A stretch of 64,000 nt of DNA from Coniocarpon cinnabarinum (lineage: Eukaryota). A program made the position numbers and the translations under genes. The notes beneath the pieces were generated by a model. The model was given only the letters and a program-made list of their open reading frames with translations. It had not been told where the DNA came from and did no database searches. The stretch lies in NCBI GenBank assembly GCA_051942205.1, contig JAVECO010000071.1, forward strand, positions 1 through 64,000. Direction: 5' to 3'. Positions within the stretch are counted from its first letter, which is position 1, and each line of letters opens with the position of its first letter. Below are positions 36,917 through 49,519 of the stretch, piece by piece.

Positions 36917-37442
36917 ACTAGGAAGCGCTCTGCGTCTTCTAACTAGGAGGTCGATGCGTGCACTTACGTGTCGAAAAGATTAAAAGTTCCAGTAGAGCAA
37001 GGCGACCCTGGCACTGAAATGGGAGCATGTTCTTGTGACACAAGTCATTGTCGCGAGTCTTTCCAGAGGGAGATATACGCTGTAGTGAATCGGATAGTGC
37101 AGTTGTGGCTTGAACCAAGTGACATCGGTTTTGTCGCAAGCGTTGGGCCGACTGCTTTGTATTGCATTGATGTGACGCCCCTCCGCATACGATGCGAAAG
37201 GGCCCATGACGATGATACCAAACAGAAAAAGATGCATCATAAAACTAAAACCCAAAGTTGTGTCAGATCAAGGTACACACCATCCTTCGAGTGCGTCCGG
37301 GCATTGGAAGAAAATGGACTTGCACGTCATAATGAGCTACAAGGCATCATAACAGGAAAAATATTGAGGCAAACAAGTGACAACGCCCTGTGAGAACTGA
37401 AACGAAAGTCGGGAGTGTATTTCTGATTCATCCCGTCGCAGA

Positions 37443-38150
37443 CTACAACCTCTCATACACCTCATCCGACAAGGGCACGGTGGCCTTGTTGCGCTTCTGA
37501 GGCTTTTTCCTTCCAGCCCGAATCTCATCACGCAGTTGCTTATGATGACGATGCGCAGACTCTGTGGACAACATCACATTTTGGTCCCAGCCCACCAGAA
37601 GATCGTAGTGCAGCTGTCTGTTTTCCACCTTGAGACCCTCTTCAAATCCGGCGTGGCGGGCCTTGGTGTCAAACACGTACGGGTAGTGTAGCAAAGAACT
37701 CAGGTGCATGCGTAACTCTGGATCATCGCTGTCCATGTAGGCAGACATGAGACCATCGAGGAGCTTATCCAGAGGTGGGATGGGCGAACACTCCCTTGCA
37801 GACTTGGGCATGGTGTAGAACCAGTCGTTGGCGGAGAGAAGCGTGACTGGAGGCACGTCTGGCGATTTAGGGTCCATGAAACGATGTTTCCCATGCAAAG
37901 GGGCACATTGCTTGAAGCTGTCGTTGCAGCCAAGTTTTTTCCAACCCGCGCTGGACAGGACCGAGGCCGCCTGTTCAACGTCCGGTACGAGCAAGAAGAG
38001 ATCGGTGGTGTCTGTGCCGACATTGTTACGCTGGAGGGCATGCTCCATCCAGACACAGGATGGCACATTTGCTTTCTTCAGGGTGTCGCTGGCCGCGGTG
38101 ACGGGGTCTGCAGGCTTGCGCGAAAGGCTGATCTTCTTTAGTGACTTCAT
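37443..38150 (-). CDS. Uncharacterised fungal protein (235 aa), probable degenerate nucleotidyltransferase fold
   Basis: Intronless ORF with good Kozak context (CACAATG). LKKANVPSCVWMEHAL-x-TDLFLLVPDVEQAASVLSSAGW has NTase-like N-terminal topology, but GG is replaced by ME and DxD by DLF. Confidence 0.65.
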   Translation of the reverse strand: MKSLKKISLSRKPADPVTAASDTLKKANVPSCVWMEHALQRNNVGTDTTDLFLLVPDVEQAASVLSSAGWKKLGCNDSFKQCAPLHGKHRFMDPKSPDVPPVTLLSANDWFYTMPKSARECSPIPPLDKLLDGLMSAYMDSDDPELRMHLSSLLHYPYVFDTKARHAGFEEGLKVENRQLHYDLLVGWDQNVMLSTESAHRHHKQLRDEIRAGRKKPQKRNKATVPLSDEVYERL

Positions 38151-40107
38151 TGTGTGGTGACGATTGCTCGATGTTTGATGGGAGATGTGAGGAGCCGTTG
38201 GGGTCATACTTGCAATGTAAGCAATGTCTTGAGCCAACGTGTTGACACGGAAGAAGATTGGCCAGGCACAGGCATGCAATGTGGCATACATGGCCTTGGC
38301 CGCTGGCCAACAGGTCTAAATGATCGAATGCATGATGTCCGAAGCTTCCGCCGGACACGTGTATAATGAAACAGCCTCATCTATCAGCGATCGAGTGGCA
38401 AAGTGATGGCATGCGCTCTGCGGGACGGCCGGGCGAAGCGTTATAGCAAGGCAGCGCTCGTCTGGATGCCAGGCGATGAAAGCGGAGGGCGGAAGTTGCA
38501 CTCGATCCCCTATTGACGGAGGCTCGTTGGGCAGTCTTGGGGCTCTGTGTCGTCGTGCCGCTTTGGGCCCGCACCGCCGAGATGCATGCGTAGAGTCTCG
38601 TCGTTCTCGCGGTCCGTTTTCCTCATCCCTTGTCCAAATCTATAACACGAATGGCATGTGGCACGCTTTTGGTCGTGCGCTGATCGTTCGCGGCCCCAGC
38701 CCTTGACCTTCGCACCTTCGCTTTCCCTGACCAGCAGAGCAGCAATCCCGCTGCCTGCAACGTCGACTCATCCAAGATGCCGTGGGGGTGGAAAATGCGA
38801 CAGGGCCGGCAGGTGCAAGCTGCCTCATGGGGAAGGCGCGGATGGCATGTTCTGGTAGGGGATTTCTTCACTATACCCCCGTGTGAATTGTTTTCGTCCG
38901 GTCTTACTCATGCACCGCTGTCTCTCCTTCTCCTCCTCTAGCATAATGTCGAAGATGATGAGGCCCATCATGTATGCAGAAATTCGCTCCTGGGCCCTCG
39001 GTGCGCCACAAAAGCCGCAAACGAGATTAGTCACTCGGCCACACAATATGATAATCTTAGCCGTGCTTTCCCACCACCTAATGTAGCTTACGATGGAATT
39101 CGCGGCGCTCGGGTTTTCCTAACAGACAACGTTTCTTGAGGCTCAGGCTTGTTGGTAGAGGAATTCTCACACCGTTTGAGCCTCGGTGTGCGCCTATCAT
39201 AGCCTATCGCACTCATGTCAGCATGTTTCAATAGCGCTTCCGCTATGCGCTACAGCCCTGACTCTTCAGTGCTGAGATACCTGCTCAGGGCCATGAACAT
39301 GGGGCGACCAATGTCCCTTCTTGGTGGATTCGCTCATTTTGCCGCTCTACCAACCAGCGGAAATGTTGTTGGCACACAATGTACAACAGCTAAGCTTTGC
39401 CCAGATAGGTCATCGATTAGACGGGCAGCATGGCTTTTTGGAATGCATGCGTTGATGAAAACAGCTTCAACCACGCTCAAATCCACTAATATGACGTTGA
39501 GAGTGGGCCTCGCTGAGGTGAACGTAGATGCTTCTGACGCGGAATGCGATGACAATGCCGGACGATGAGGCTTGGAACAGTTTTGTGCGGGTAATGGTTG
39601 ACCCATTCTCTTTTCCGGATCTGAGTCCAGGCCATGATTTTTTGAGGTTTGTTAATTCTCATACAATTTTCAGGACAGTTTTTTACATTGCTTCGCTGGC
39701 TGGCACTTTGAATTCATCATGCTTACTGTGAGACGCCAGCTTTCTCTTCATCGTGGCCACCTGTGTCTCGCCGGACCCACATGTTTCTCGGCAGTCAGTC
39801 ATTTAGCAGGCCAGATATGCCAGATATGCCTTCCTGTCGGCTTGTCACCGTTGTGCGCCGAGCCATCAGAACAGGTCGTTGCTTGAGGACCAAAACGCAC
39901 ACGTGGAGCGTTGAAAGCATTCGGATTGCAAGCTGTTCGGAAGCGTTTTGTTACTTAAATGCGACCTGAAAATGTGTATGAGCATGCACTCGCCTCAACA
40001 ACTTCGAGTAAACCTCCCCTTGCACTGGTAACCCCAATTTCAACTCGCTTGCTTTCGACCAGAGTCCGACTGTTCTTACTGTACTATCTCTGCACCGCAC
40101 TTCTACT

Positions 40108-41162
40108 ATGTCAGGTCTCAGCCGCTGGTGGGCCAAACACAAGCCTAACAATCATTTCAAGAAACGTCGCGAGGATGAAGATGCCCAGCGTGAGGCACAA
40201 CAGCCACAGCAGGCTGCACAGGGACCTGCTGCGCCCAAGACGCCAGCCGCACCAGCCATACCCTTCATGAACAAGCAGCCCATGGGCCGTGATTTCGCCT
40301 ATGAATCCTCTCAAGCTGCGGGCGCGGCTTTGTCGGGCACGCCGTACGCTGTGATCGGCGGTGCCAACGGGCTGCTCAACGGCGGTGAGTCACTTTAGCG
40401 TCCTAGTGAGTGCTTGACTGATTTCATTTACCTTCAGGTACTCGTGGTACTCTTGATCTTGATTTAATCGTCAAACGAGGCGCCAGTGGTGGCGCTAAGC
40501 AACAGCTCGGCGGCGCTTCAGCATTTACGAATAAGAGCAACCGACTCTGGTATACTAAACCGCACAGTGTGCCGCCAAAGCACAGCAATGTCGACGTTGT
40601 CGAAGCTCATCAACTTTACCATTCGCTTCCTGATTTCAACCCTGACACGGATGTCGTAATGATCAATGGTGAGTTCTACCCTGATGCAACGCTCTTTCCC
40701 ACTGGAGCGCGCTGCAAGGTCCTTGTACGAGTGCGCCTGCCGCACTATGATTCAGAGTTTCCTGAGACGCAAAGGACTTTCGCCAACTTACTCACAGCTT
40801 TTGACCCCGAATTATACCCATCGTACAGGCTCGCAGCCAAGATTGATATCCAGCAGCAGAATGTATCTCCAGCTCTCGAGAAACAACGCTAATTCTAATA
40901 ACTAGGCATTCCCACCCTCAAGCCCGAGCTCATGGCCACTTACAAGGTGATATCCTACCAACAACGCCGCGCCGACCAAAAATGGGACAAGGCGCAAAAC
41001 GACGGCAACGACCTCGTCTTCTGGCTCCGCTTCATGGTCGAGCACAATATCCATCCGAACGGCCATCTCAGGCAGTACGCTGATGCGGATTTCATCGGGG
41101 AATTCGAGGGATCGTTCCCGCAGACGAAGGAGCTGTTCAAGAAGTTGGGCCTGTCTAAGTAG
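40108..41162 (+). CDS. AbiEii/MenT-like Pol-beta superfamily nucleotidyltransferase (254 aa)
   Basis: Exons 40108-40384, 40438-40668 and 40906-41162 are all in phase: PYAVIGGANGLLNG|GTRGTLDLDLIV (hGG-x13-DhD), NVDVV, VMING|IPTLKPELMATYKVISYQQR...DKAQNDGNDL. Confidence 0.8.
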
Positions 41163-42189
41163 AATTGTGACTTGAGGTTGTACAATGTAGCGTAGATCGC
41201 TTTGTACAGGCACAGGGCAATTAAGCCGTTGAACAGTGCTCTCCGAGATTCACACTTCGGTGCAGTAGAAACTGAATTGGACGTTGTGAAGACTTAAAGA
41301 GAAATTGGCAGTAGAGTTCCCGCGTTGCTCACGATTCGCCAGTGCAAAGCGCTACCATTTCACTATGCATGTGCTCCGAGTCCTATGTTTCAATTTGAAT
41401 TCCATCGCACAGACTTTCTCCATAACAGAATGGAAAACCCACTCAACTATCCATTTCGTTCACCGCAAAGTGCTAAGACGAAATTTACAAACTTGGGACC
41501 AAGAAACACACGGAGACGGAAATTTGGACGCTCGAAAGCGAAAGAATTGACACTATTGGTTTTTGATTGGGGCGAAAATAGGCATCCTGCTGCGCCGATC
41601 AGGTGCAAACAGTATCTTTTGGTTGCCTGATCAAGGCCTTAAATGCATGAGCTCCCGATACACCAGTTTTTGCAAATAAGACATCGTTGCTGTATGCCAT
41701 TTCGACTACCTCATCCCTACTATCGGCTACTGTTTCCTGTAACACCAAGCTGAAGTACCGAGTACATAGTCCGACACGGCGTCGGTGAAGCACTCGTGCT
41801 AGAACCGTGCTGCTTTCACACTCCAGGGCTTAAACGCAGTAAGTGCTCAACTCCCTGCTTTTGCATTCCGAAATCTATGAGAAGCCTTATGACCACTTCT
41901 TGATACATTGGTCCGATCACATGACAAGGACGCTGCTAGTTTACAAGACCCGCAGGTTGTGTACAGATCGTATTGAACATCGCGGAAGTACAAGACGATT
42001 TGGTTTCGAAGAGAATCGCCCGTGCTGAGTTCCTGTACAGAAAGACGTTCTCTCCGTGATGTGATGCAGCGCCATCAGTGATTTTCGGAAAGCTTTCGGT
42101 CCACAGAGCCATGACCAACGATGGCGATGTAGCTCGTCTCAGACGGCCAGCCGTGCAAACAATTTATTCATATGCCTTGGGGAAAAGGC

Positions 42190-44124
42190 TCAAGCCTCTG
42201 GCGGCGGCCGTGACTGCTTCTCATCCGAGTCCGAGCTCGTCCCAGACGAAGTAAGCAACTGCTGCTTCGAATTGCGCTTCTCCCTTTCATGCTGAATAGC
42301 AGTCTTCAGACAAAAGCTCTTGCCACCTTGACGATTCGGTCTCGTAACCCATACAAAGTACAGGGCGATAATCAGACCGAGTCCATCAAGCCCTGTCCCA
42401 AACCACCAAGCGCCTCTAAATCCACGTAGAATATTCAAGCCATCAGGTGCCGCTGGATCCGGGGAGACATAGCGGTCGATAGTGCCTGCGAAGCCGAGGC
42501 CCAATGAAATGGAATAGTTGACGGTCGTTGAAACAAGGGAGGCAGCTATGCCCTGGTTTTCTTTGGGGAGGGCGTTGCTAAGCAGGATGGTCCCAGCGGG
42601 GAAGCTGAGGTTCATGCCACCTGGCATAATGAGAATGGACACAAAAGTTTGAGCCCAGTAAGTTTGGTCGACGGGTGCGGTGACGATAAGCAATGAGCCA
42701 GCCAGGAACATGATCATGGCGAGAAGCATGATGTAAGCTGGTCTCATCCTCTTCATCAAGAGACCGACTGACAGCGCGAATGCTGCACCAACTGGTGCGA
42801 CGGGAGAGGTCTGAGCTGCGATGAGAAGCGGCGAGTGATTCCGAAGTCGCAACAAAAACCACCAAATATAGTATATCCAAATACCGTGGCTTCCCCATCC
42901 AGCGGCGATACAGGCTAGTGCGAAGCCAGCATCTTTGCTTAGACCACGGATTGGAATGAGCGGGAACCTCGTGAAGTACAGCTCGATGAGAAAGAAAACT
43001 GTCATGAGAATGAAGCCAACGATGAGGAGGGAATAGACGTAAGGTGTTGTCCAGCCAACGACAGGACCCTGATTCCAAGCGAAATTGATCAGTACGAGTC
43101 CACCGACGCCCGAAAGGGCGCCCTTCCAGTCAAATTTGGGATCGCCATGCGGACTCGTTTGAGGGGGGCGCTTCCGATCAGCAGGGATCACTAGCAGTGA
43201 GAATACGAGCAAAAAGATGCAAGTAATGGTCAAGGCCCAGAATGCCCACGGCCACCAGGTCAGCTGCCCGAATATCGCCGAGAAGACCGCGCCAACCACA
43301 AATCCTGTAGGACCTCCAGCACCGAAGGCAGAGAATATGAGATTCTTCTTGAGACCCACTGGGTACGTTCTGCCGATGAGTGCCATGGCGTTGGGCACGA
43401 GAGTGGCAGGTCCAATGCCTTGAAATGCTCGGGCCAGGTTGAACAGGGTCGAGCCTGAATAGATAGAGACGCCTGCGATGAATGACCATACGCCAAACCA
43501 CACCCAGCCAAATAAAAACATTTTCTTGTGGCCATACATGTCGCCTAAGCGCCCAGCAGGGAGGATGAATGTTCCCACTGTCAAGGAGTACGCTGCAGTG
43601 TACCAACTAAGCTGTCCTGGATCTGTAACGCCAAAAGTGTCGCCGATAATCAAAAGTGGTGCCACTGATTGGGCAAGAGCGGCCAGGGACAGGAATTGGG
43701 CCATGCACACTGTGAAAATAAAGGCTGCATCCCGCATGGGCGAGAAGGGATTCTCAGGTTTTGCTGGAGGTGCTGCATTTTGAGACTTGCCGTTCTGCAT
43801 CGCGGCTGGGTTCGACAAGATAGCAATGTCAAGCTGTTGAGACACAGGCCGGTACCTCGAGCGTTGGAGAGCAGAAGGGACCACAGATATTTCAAACATG
43901 CCTTTTGGCCGTCAGCAGTCTCGTGCGACATGGTTTACGAAACCGGATGTAAGCTCACCATCATCGCCACGTTCGAACCCATGTTGGTCGTGGATGCCGG
44001 GAAAATGCGAGAACTCATGCCTCGCCGTCTCGAGGTAGTCGGGCGTTGGCGGTCGCCTGTCGCGCAAGTCCCAGGACGGAAGCCATTTGGCATGAGTGCT
44101 CTCGAGCTCTGATGAGTCTGCCAT
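42190..44124 (-). CDS. MFS drug:H+ antiporter, DHA2 family (Atr1/Amf1-like)
   Basis: About 14 TM segments; SWYTAAYSLTVGTFILPAGRLGDMYGHKK, RAFQGIGPATLVPNA, GMNLSFPAGTILLSN...QGIAASLVSTTVNYSISLGLG. Upstream exon MADSSELE... joined by in-phase intron 43958-43902. Confidence 0.92.
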
Positions 44125-46504
44125 GGTGCTTACGTATTCTTGACGTTCTCGTGCAAAGCTCATGAAGAGCAAGGTGTGGTGCAAGATACTGCAGTCAGAT
44201 GCAGCAGAGACCTTACTCGCAGCATTGTAAACAAGCTCTTGGCTCGACTAGAAGCATGTTGCAGTGCAGACAAGTGGATAGAAGGGATGCAAGGAAAGTT
44301 GAACGATTGGTAAGTAGCGTCGAGACGGTCAGATGAAGACTGGAAATGTTGAGGAATTTTGGACCGCAAACGTTGCAATGAACATGGGACGAAGGAAAAA
44401 TGGCTGTGGAAGGCACTTGTGGCTGGAGCGAGGGTATTACGAAAGTGTATTGGGATGGTAGCGGAAAAAGATAATGCAGCCGAAGCAGAATACAAGGTGT
44501 CAAAGGATGCCGTGTGCACCTACTGAGCCGAGAGGTACATGTGCAAAATGATGAATTTTAATGCAGACATTATGGCTGCCGGGAGCTCTCTCCAACCAAC
44601 TTTTTTCAAAGGCATCTGCAGAGCAACAAGCTGTGTGTTTCGTATCGACATTCTTGACGCTAGATCATACTCTTGAAGCGAGACGGTACTCATGAACGCC
44701 ATACGTTGGCCGGAACCAGACACAATGTTGGTTGGTGTCCGGCAAGATCACAAGCCACATGCTGGGCCATTGGGGACGGATGCGGGCCATCCAGAAGCTC
44801 ACCAGAAGCTCAAAGCGGTCCATCTACCGGACTGTCGATCCAGCTTACCAAGAGCTGACGTCTTCGATGCACCGGAGAATGACGGCGGATGGGTCTGCAA
44901 GAGTTGAGCAGCTGGTCTCGGTGCAAGCTCTCAGAGCTCCAAGTGCTTCGGCGGCCAGGCTACTTCGGCTCCCCGTCGGCGTCTCCATCGGCTGTGAAGG
45001 TACTCCTGCTTGCAGAAGTGACTGGCAAATAACTGCCCAATGAGTGCGTACTCCTTTCGACATAAACATCAAGCGCTGTAGCGAGTTTGCAGAGCGCATG
45101 CAAGTCGTGCATGAGATGAGATGAAGTGAAGTTACTTTCAAGGCTTCGATTGAGGAAGAAAGGTAATCGCACGCTCCTTCGGGTGGTCCGTGCGTTGGTG
45201 GCTGGACACCAACCAAACCACATCTTCCCAGCTTCTGATGGTTCCTGGCGCGATCCGTCCACCGCACTTCGACTGAGACGCAGACGCTCGCCTCGCTGAA
45301 TCATGTGGAAAGACGCCCTGCTGGTCAGGTCCTTATCAGAAGCTCTCTAGGAGAAGAAGGATTGAAAAACATGGCTTGGTATTCCATAAGCCATAGCGCA
45401 GCGGAAAATGACTGGAAGTCATCTGTAATGAGACGGAAGAAAAGCCGACTTTAGATGTGATCTCGGTGGGTTGTTCTTCAAATTGGCTTCATTGCGGTCT
45501 AGCGGCTTTGCAATGGAAGTCACAATCTCCTTAGATGCATTGACACCTACACAAAAAGGTCATATTGAATGGTGCTCGTCCTTGAGCAGCTATTCGATAA
45601 CACGGCCTCCGTCTCCCGCGGAGCTCATACACTCACACCCTGTCCAATAGGCAGTGCTGAACTGCTGAAGCTGCCCTTGTGAGCCCGCTTGCCCGTCTTG
45701 TTCGATTATCACACATGAATTCACCAGAGCCTAGTAGCGCTGTGTGCAGACTCATCCTCAGTCGCCCAAGGCAGAGTGGCCTGGTCTGCCCTCAGACTTC
45801 ACAATCAAAGCTGATTCCGCATCCAGCAAGACCTTTGAGGTGAACTGGCGGACGAGATGCATTGCAGATTGGGCATGACTGGACGACTGGGTTAGAGATA
45901 TGTGTCTACGTCGAAGACGATCACTGCGGCTCCAATGATTAGCGCGATTTGCGTTGGTTTTTAAGATCCAGCCTTGATGTGCTTGTAACAACAGGGACCT
46001 CATCTGGTGGCAACTCCGTGAGACAGCTACCCTGCAGTAAGATTCAACTACCTCTCTTTTCGACTTGGGCGAGTCGGGGCAGTGGTCACACAATGCGTTT
46101 CGCCCGCCACAAGAAATTCAAAAGTCGGATTGTTAGCAGAAGATTAGCTGTAAGTACGTTCGGGTACTGAGAAAATTGCTACAGCACATTGGCAGTGTCA
46201 ACTGACTATTAAGGCCAGCAAGACATGATGACTTCACAGATTCGTGACAAGTATGGACCGATGCAGGAGGGCGAGTTTGCTGGGTTTTCTGACAGTAGAC
46301 GATTTCTACGATTGACAGCCTACTTCTACTCTGCTACATACCCTTCAGAACACACATTGCTCTGGAGGACTTCGATGTACATCGCGTTTTGACCATGTTC
46401 AGACCCGAGATAATGCTGCGAACTTCACCAGCATTGCGTTCTCCAATAAACCGATATTCAAGTCAGCGAAAGCTAGGGATGCCAGTGTCTTGGGGTGTCC
46501 GCGC

Positions 46505-48548
46505 CTATTCGAGCTGAATCGCACCCGGCTCTCCCTTCTCATCGGAGGAGCTCGTGGATGACTCGGCAATGACTGCAGCTGAAAGTTAGCTTCTTTCTTT
46601 TTCATGAAGACTTTCGAACCAAAGAGCGCCGGGATGCTGTGTTGGAACTTACAAGATTTTGCGAATCTACCCTTGCTGTTGGTGCCTTCATCATCGATGC
46701 TGAGGCTGGCAAAAGTCGTCAAGGTGTGCCGCTTTGGGTGAAGCTTCTCCATGTAGTAGGTTGATCCGCCGACCAACTGTCCAGCGTCGTCCAATGCAAT
46801 ACGGGTCAAGAGCTGGACTTTGGTGCCCTCGGGAGCAATCCCACGGCTTCTAGCTTTCTTTCTCAAGTCGATGATGGTAAGATCCTCGTCCGCTCGGGCC
46901 AGCTTATACACCATCAACTTTTTATCTCCAGTCGCAGGCATGCCGCGAATCTGTGCCAGAGTACGGATAGAGGTCAGGCTGAGTCTGCTGCGTGGGTTCA
47001 GCGGAAAGCTTAGAGCATACGGCTTTTTCTCGGCCTCTTTAGAAGAGTTCGTGAAGCGGTGTGGGTTGAAAATCTCACGAAGCACCTCATTGTCGCTCTC
47101 AACCTCCTCTCGCATTCTGGCGTTCTTGAACTTGCGCTCTTTGCCAGGTGCGATCTCCTCACACGCATCGCTGTCGATGTCCGGGATCTTATCGAGAAAG
47201 AACATGTGCTTCAGGTCGTCGCAGATAATGTTCTTTATATTCTTCTTGGCACGCTGGGTCTGCTTGGCAGCTCTTGCAGCGGCTTCTTCCTTGCGCTCAG
47301 CCTTTGCACGCGCATCCATCTCACGCTCATCCTCGCGAGCTCTGAAGGCGGCATCTTCCTCATCACGGCGATGGCGCTCCATGTCACCCTTAGCAATGGC
47401 GTCCATGATGTCTTGCTTGACGGCCTTCTTTCTCTCGGCTGCATCCGGGCGTTTTCCCTTCAGGTCGGACTGGAGATGCAGATAATGCGCCAGCGTCTTC
47501 GCCTGGGCCTTCCATGACAGATTTTCCTCCTCACGAATCTTCAACGTGTGAGCGTGCTGAGCACGACGATCTTTTTCAGCTTGGAGTTTCGCAGTCTGAG
47601 CGTCTTCGGCAGCCTGCCTCTCGGCCTCCTTTTTCTTGCGCTCCTCTTCCCGCAGTGCAATGTTGCGATCAATTTCTACACGACGCTGTTGCCGGATCGC
47701 CTGGCGAGATTCCTGATCGGGATCAAGTTCGAGCTCTGGAAGCGCCGTGCCGTCCTCCAAAGCTTCGTGATGCTTGCGAAGCTCAGTCTTGGAGAATGCA
47801 ATCTTGTGTCCAGCGCGGCTCTGTTCGCCATGCAAAGTATCGGCAACGCTCTGGTAGAATAGCTCCTTGGCTCTCTCGATATCGCGGTTGTACTTGTCGA
47901 CGTGGTAGGCCATCGCAGTTTTGAGCATGTCATTCTATGCAGACTTGAGCAAAATTTCTCTTTTGCAATAACGACTTGACTTACATCTCCTTCATGCCAG
48001 TCACTAAGCTCATCGTCTAGACGCTCATTTTCTTTGTCTCGAGTGATGCGAAGGATGCGGCTGTAGCGAGTAGCAACGGACTTCGGGTTGTATGATGTAA
48101 GACCTTGTCCTTTCAACTCTTGGACTATCTGGTGATCGGTGTAGCCAGCTTCCTTCATCTGCTTGATAATGAGGTCTTCTTCGTCAAGCTCATCCCGGAA
48201 CCTCTTGATAGTAACAGGACGACCACCAGGTCGACGATCAATCTTTGGGGCATTTTCTGGTGGTATAGTGGCCGGGTCTTGAGCCTCGGGGCTCTCGCCA
48301 TGAAGACCGTGAAAGCCGCTGTCAGCATTGCTATCCAGGAACACCCCATTTGTGCGGCGGTGAAAGACCGTGTCCTGTTCAAACTTGTAGTCGCTTGGTG
48401 GCGATTGACTGCCTTTTGCTAGGCCGGAGAGCGTCCCTAGAATCAGATGCAACGCTCAGCAAATTCCTGTGGGAAAAATGAAATAGGAGTGCGTCAACAT
48501 ACCGTTCCCAGCGATGTCCCCAAACACGGGGTTGAAGCGGGGGGCCAT
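46505..48548 (-). CDS. Fungal protein with Myb/HTH-like (DUF7626-like) domain, coiled coil and two SAP-like motifs
   Basis: LDEEDLIIKQMKEAGYTDHQIVQELKGQGLTSYNPKSVATRYSRI...DWHEGD; charged coiled coil; LSLTSIRTLAQIRGMPATGDKKLMVYKL and LTIIDLRKKARSRGIAPEGTKVQLLTRI. Probable last intron 46670-46579 gives a stop at 46505; unspliced, the ORF ends at 46399. Confidence 0.75.
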
Positions 48549-49519
48549 GTTTGCTGACCGTAGCAAGAGATGACAGAGAAAGACTGCGAAGAGCGAAGCA
48601 GCACAGTGGCTTTAATCACTGCCCAGGCAATCAGAGATGGTGCGAAGACGTGCAAGGTGACGAGATTAAAGACGCGTCAGGGTACCGGCACGTCTCAAGG
48701 CGGCAAGAAACGGCTTTCGAATCTCCGGCCTCTCGTCTCGTGCCCTTGTTTACATTAACGCCTGGTACACTGACCACGTGAAACGCTAGTTCAAAGATAC
48801 GCAGGCAAATAGCAAGAGACCAAGCATAAGACTCTACAAGTAGAACGGAAAGGCAAATGTAGCCATGGCGGCGTTCACATGCCTCATTCGCCACTAGGAA
48901 ACCACTACCGCTCTTGCGAAGTGAGACGGCAAGATGGGTTTACGCGTTTGAAGTACGGCAGGGATAATCGCTTCTGGTCTCTTTCCGAACGTCGAAAGGG
49001 AATAACCACCCGAGGACTCTTGCTGCATGGGTTGAAAGCATACTTTGGTATTGATTTGAGAAACATAGTTCTCAGCAGCCTCCTCTTTGTACAACAAAAG
49101 TCGATTAAGCCATTATTTATTGCTAAAAACGCTTACGGTATTGAATACACCTACCTTTCAAACCTTTGACATCTTGTTCACTGAGTGCTAGTTCGGCGCG
49201 AAGAGCCAGGGCGCGAGCGATGATGGCGGGAGGGTTCATTATCATGAGATCCGAAAGCAAATGAAGTTTATGCAAATAAACGGCGATCGTTCAGGAAACG
49301 TAGATAACGTAAAATAGTTGACAGCAGCCAGCTTTGAAACAAGAGAGATTACATAAGCAGGTCTTGACAAGTGACAGATCCAGATATGACATCAGACCAA
49401 CTTGACATGCATTGCGGCACAGAAGTTGGCTGCAAGAAGGCAAACTCCAACTACAGCACTTGACTACTTGCTTGCAATCCCTGTCCCAAGCGTCCTAATC
49501 ATCCCACACACCTCTCACA

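Noticed and set aside
38800..39750. Short ORFs between the two NTase genes as a third component or transposase relic
   Set aside because: No recognisable domain in any frame I translated.
41597..41632. GATCAGG...CCTGATC hairpin as a right boundary of the island
   Set aside because: The stem is short and does not match the left-hand TIR; no TSD.
42221..42365. YFVW-coding sequence appearing twice, in different frames, at the 3' end of the DHA2 transporter
   Set aside because: The match is only about 13 nt and I found no splice path using the second copy; likely chance.
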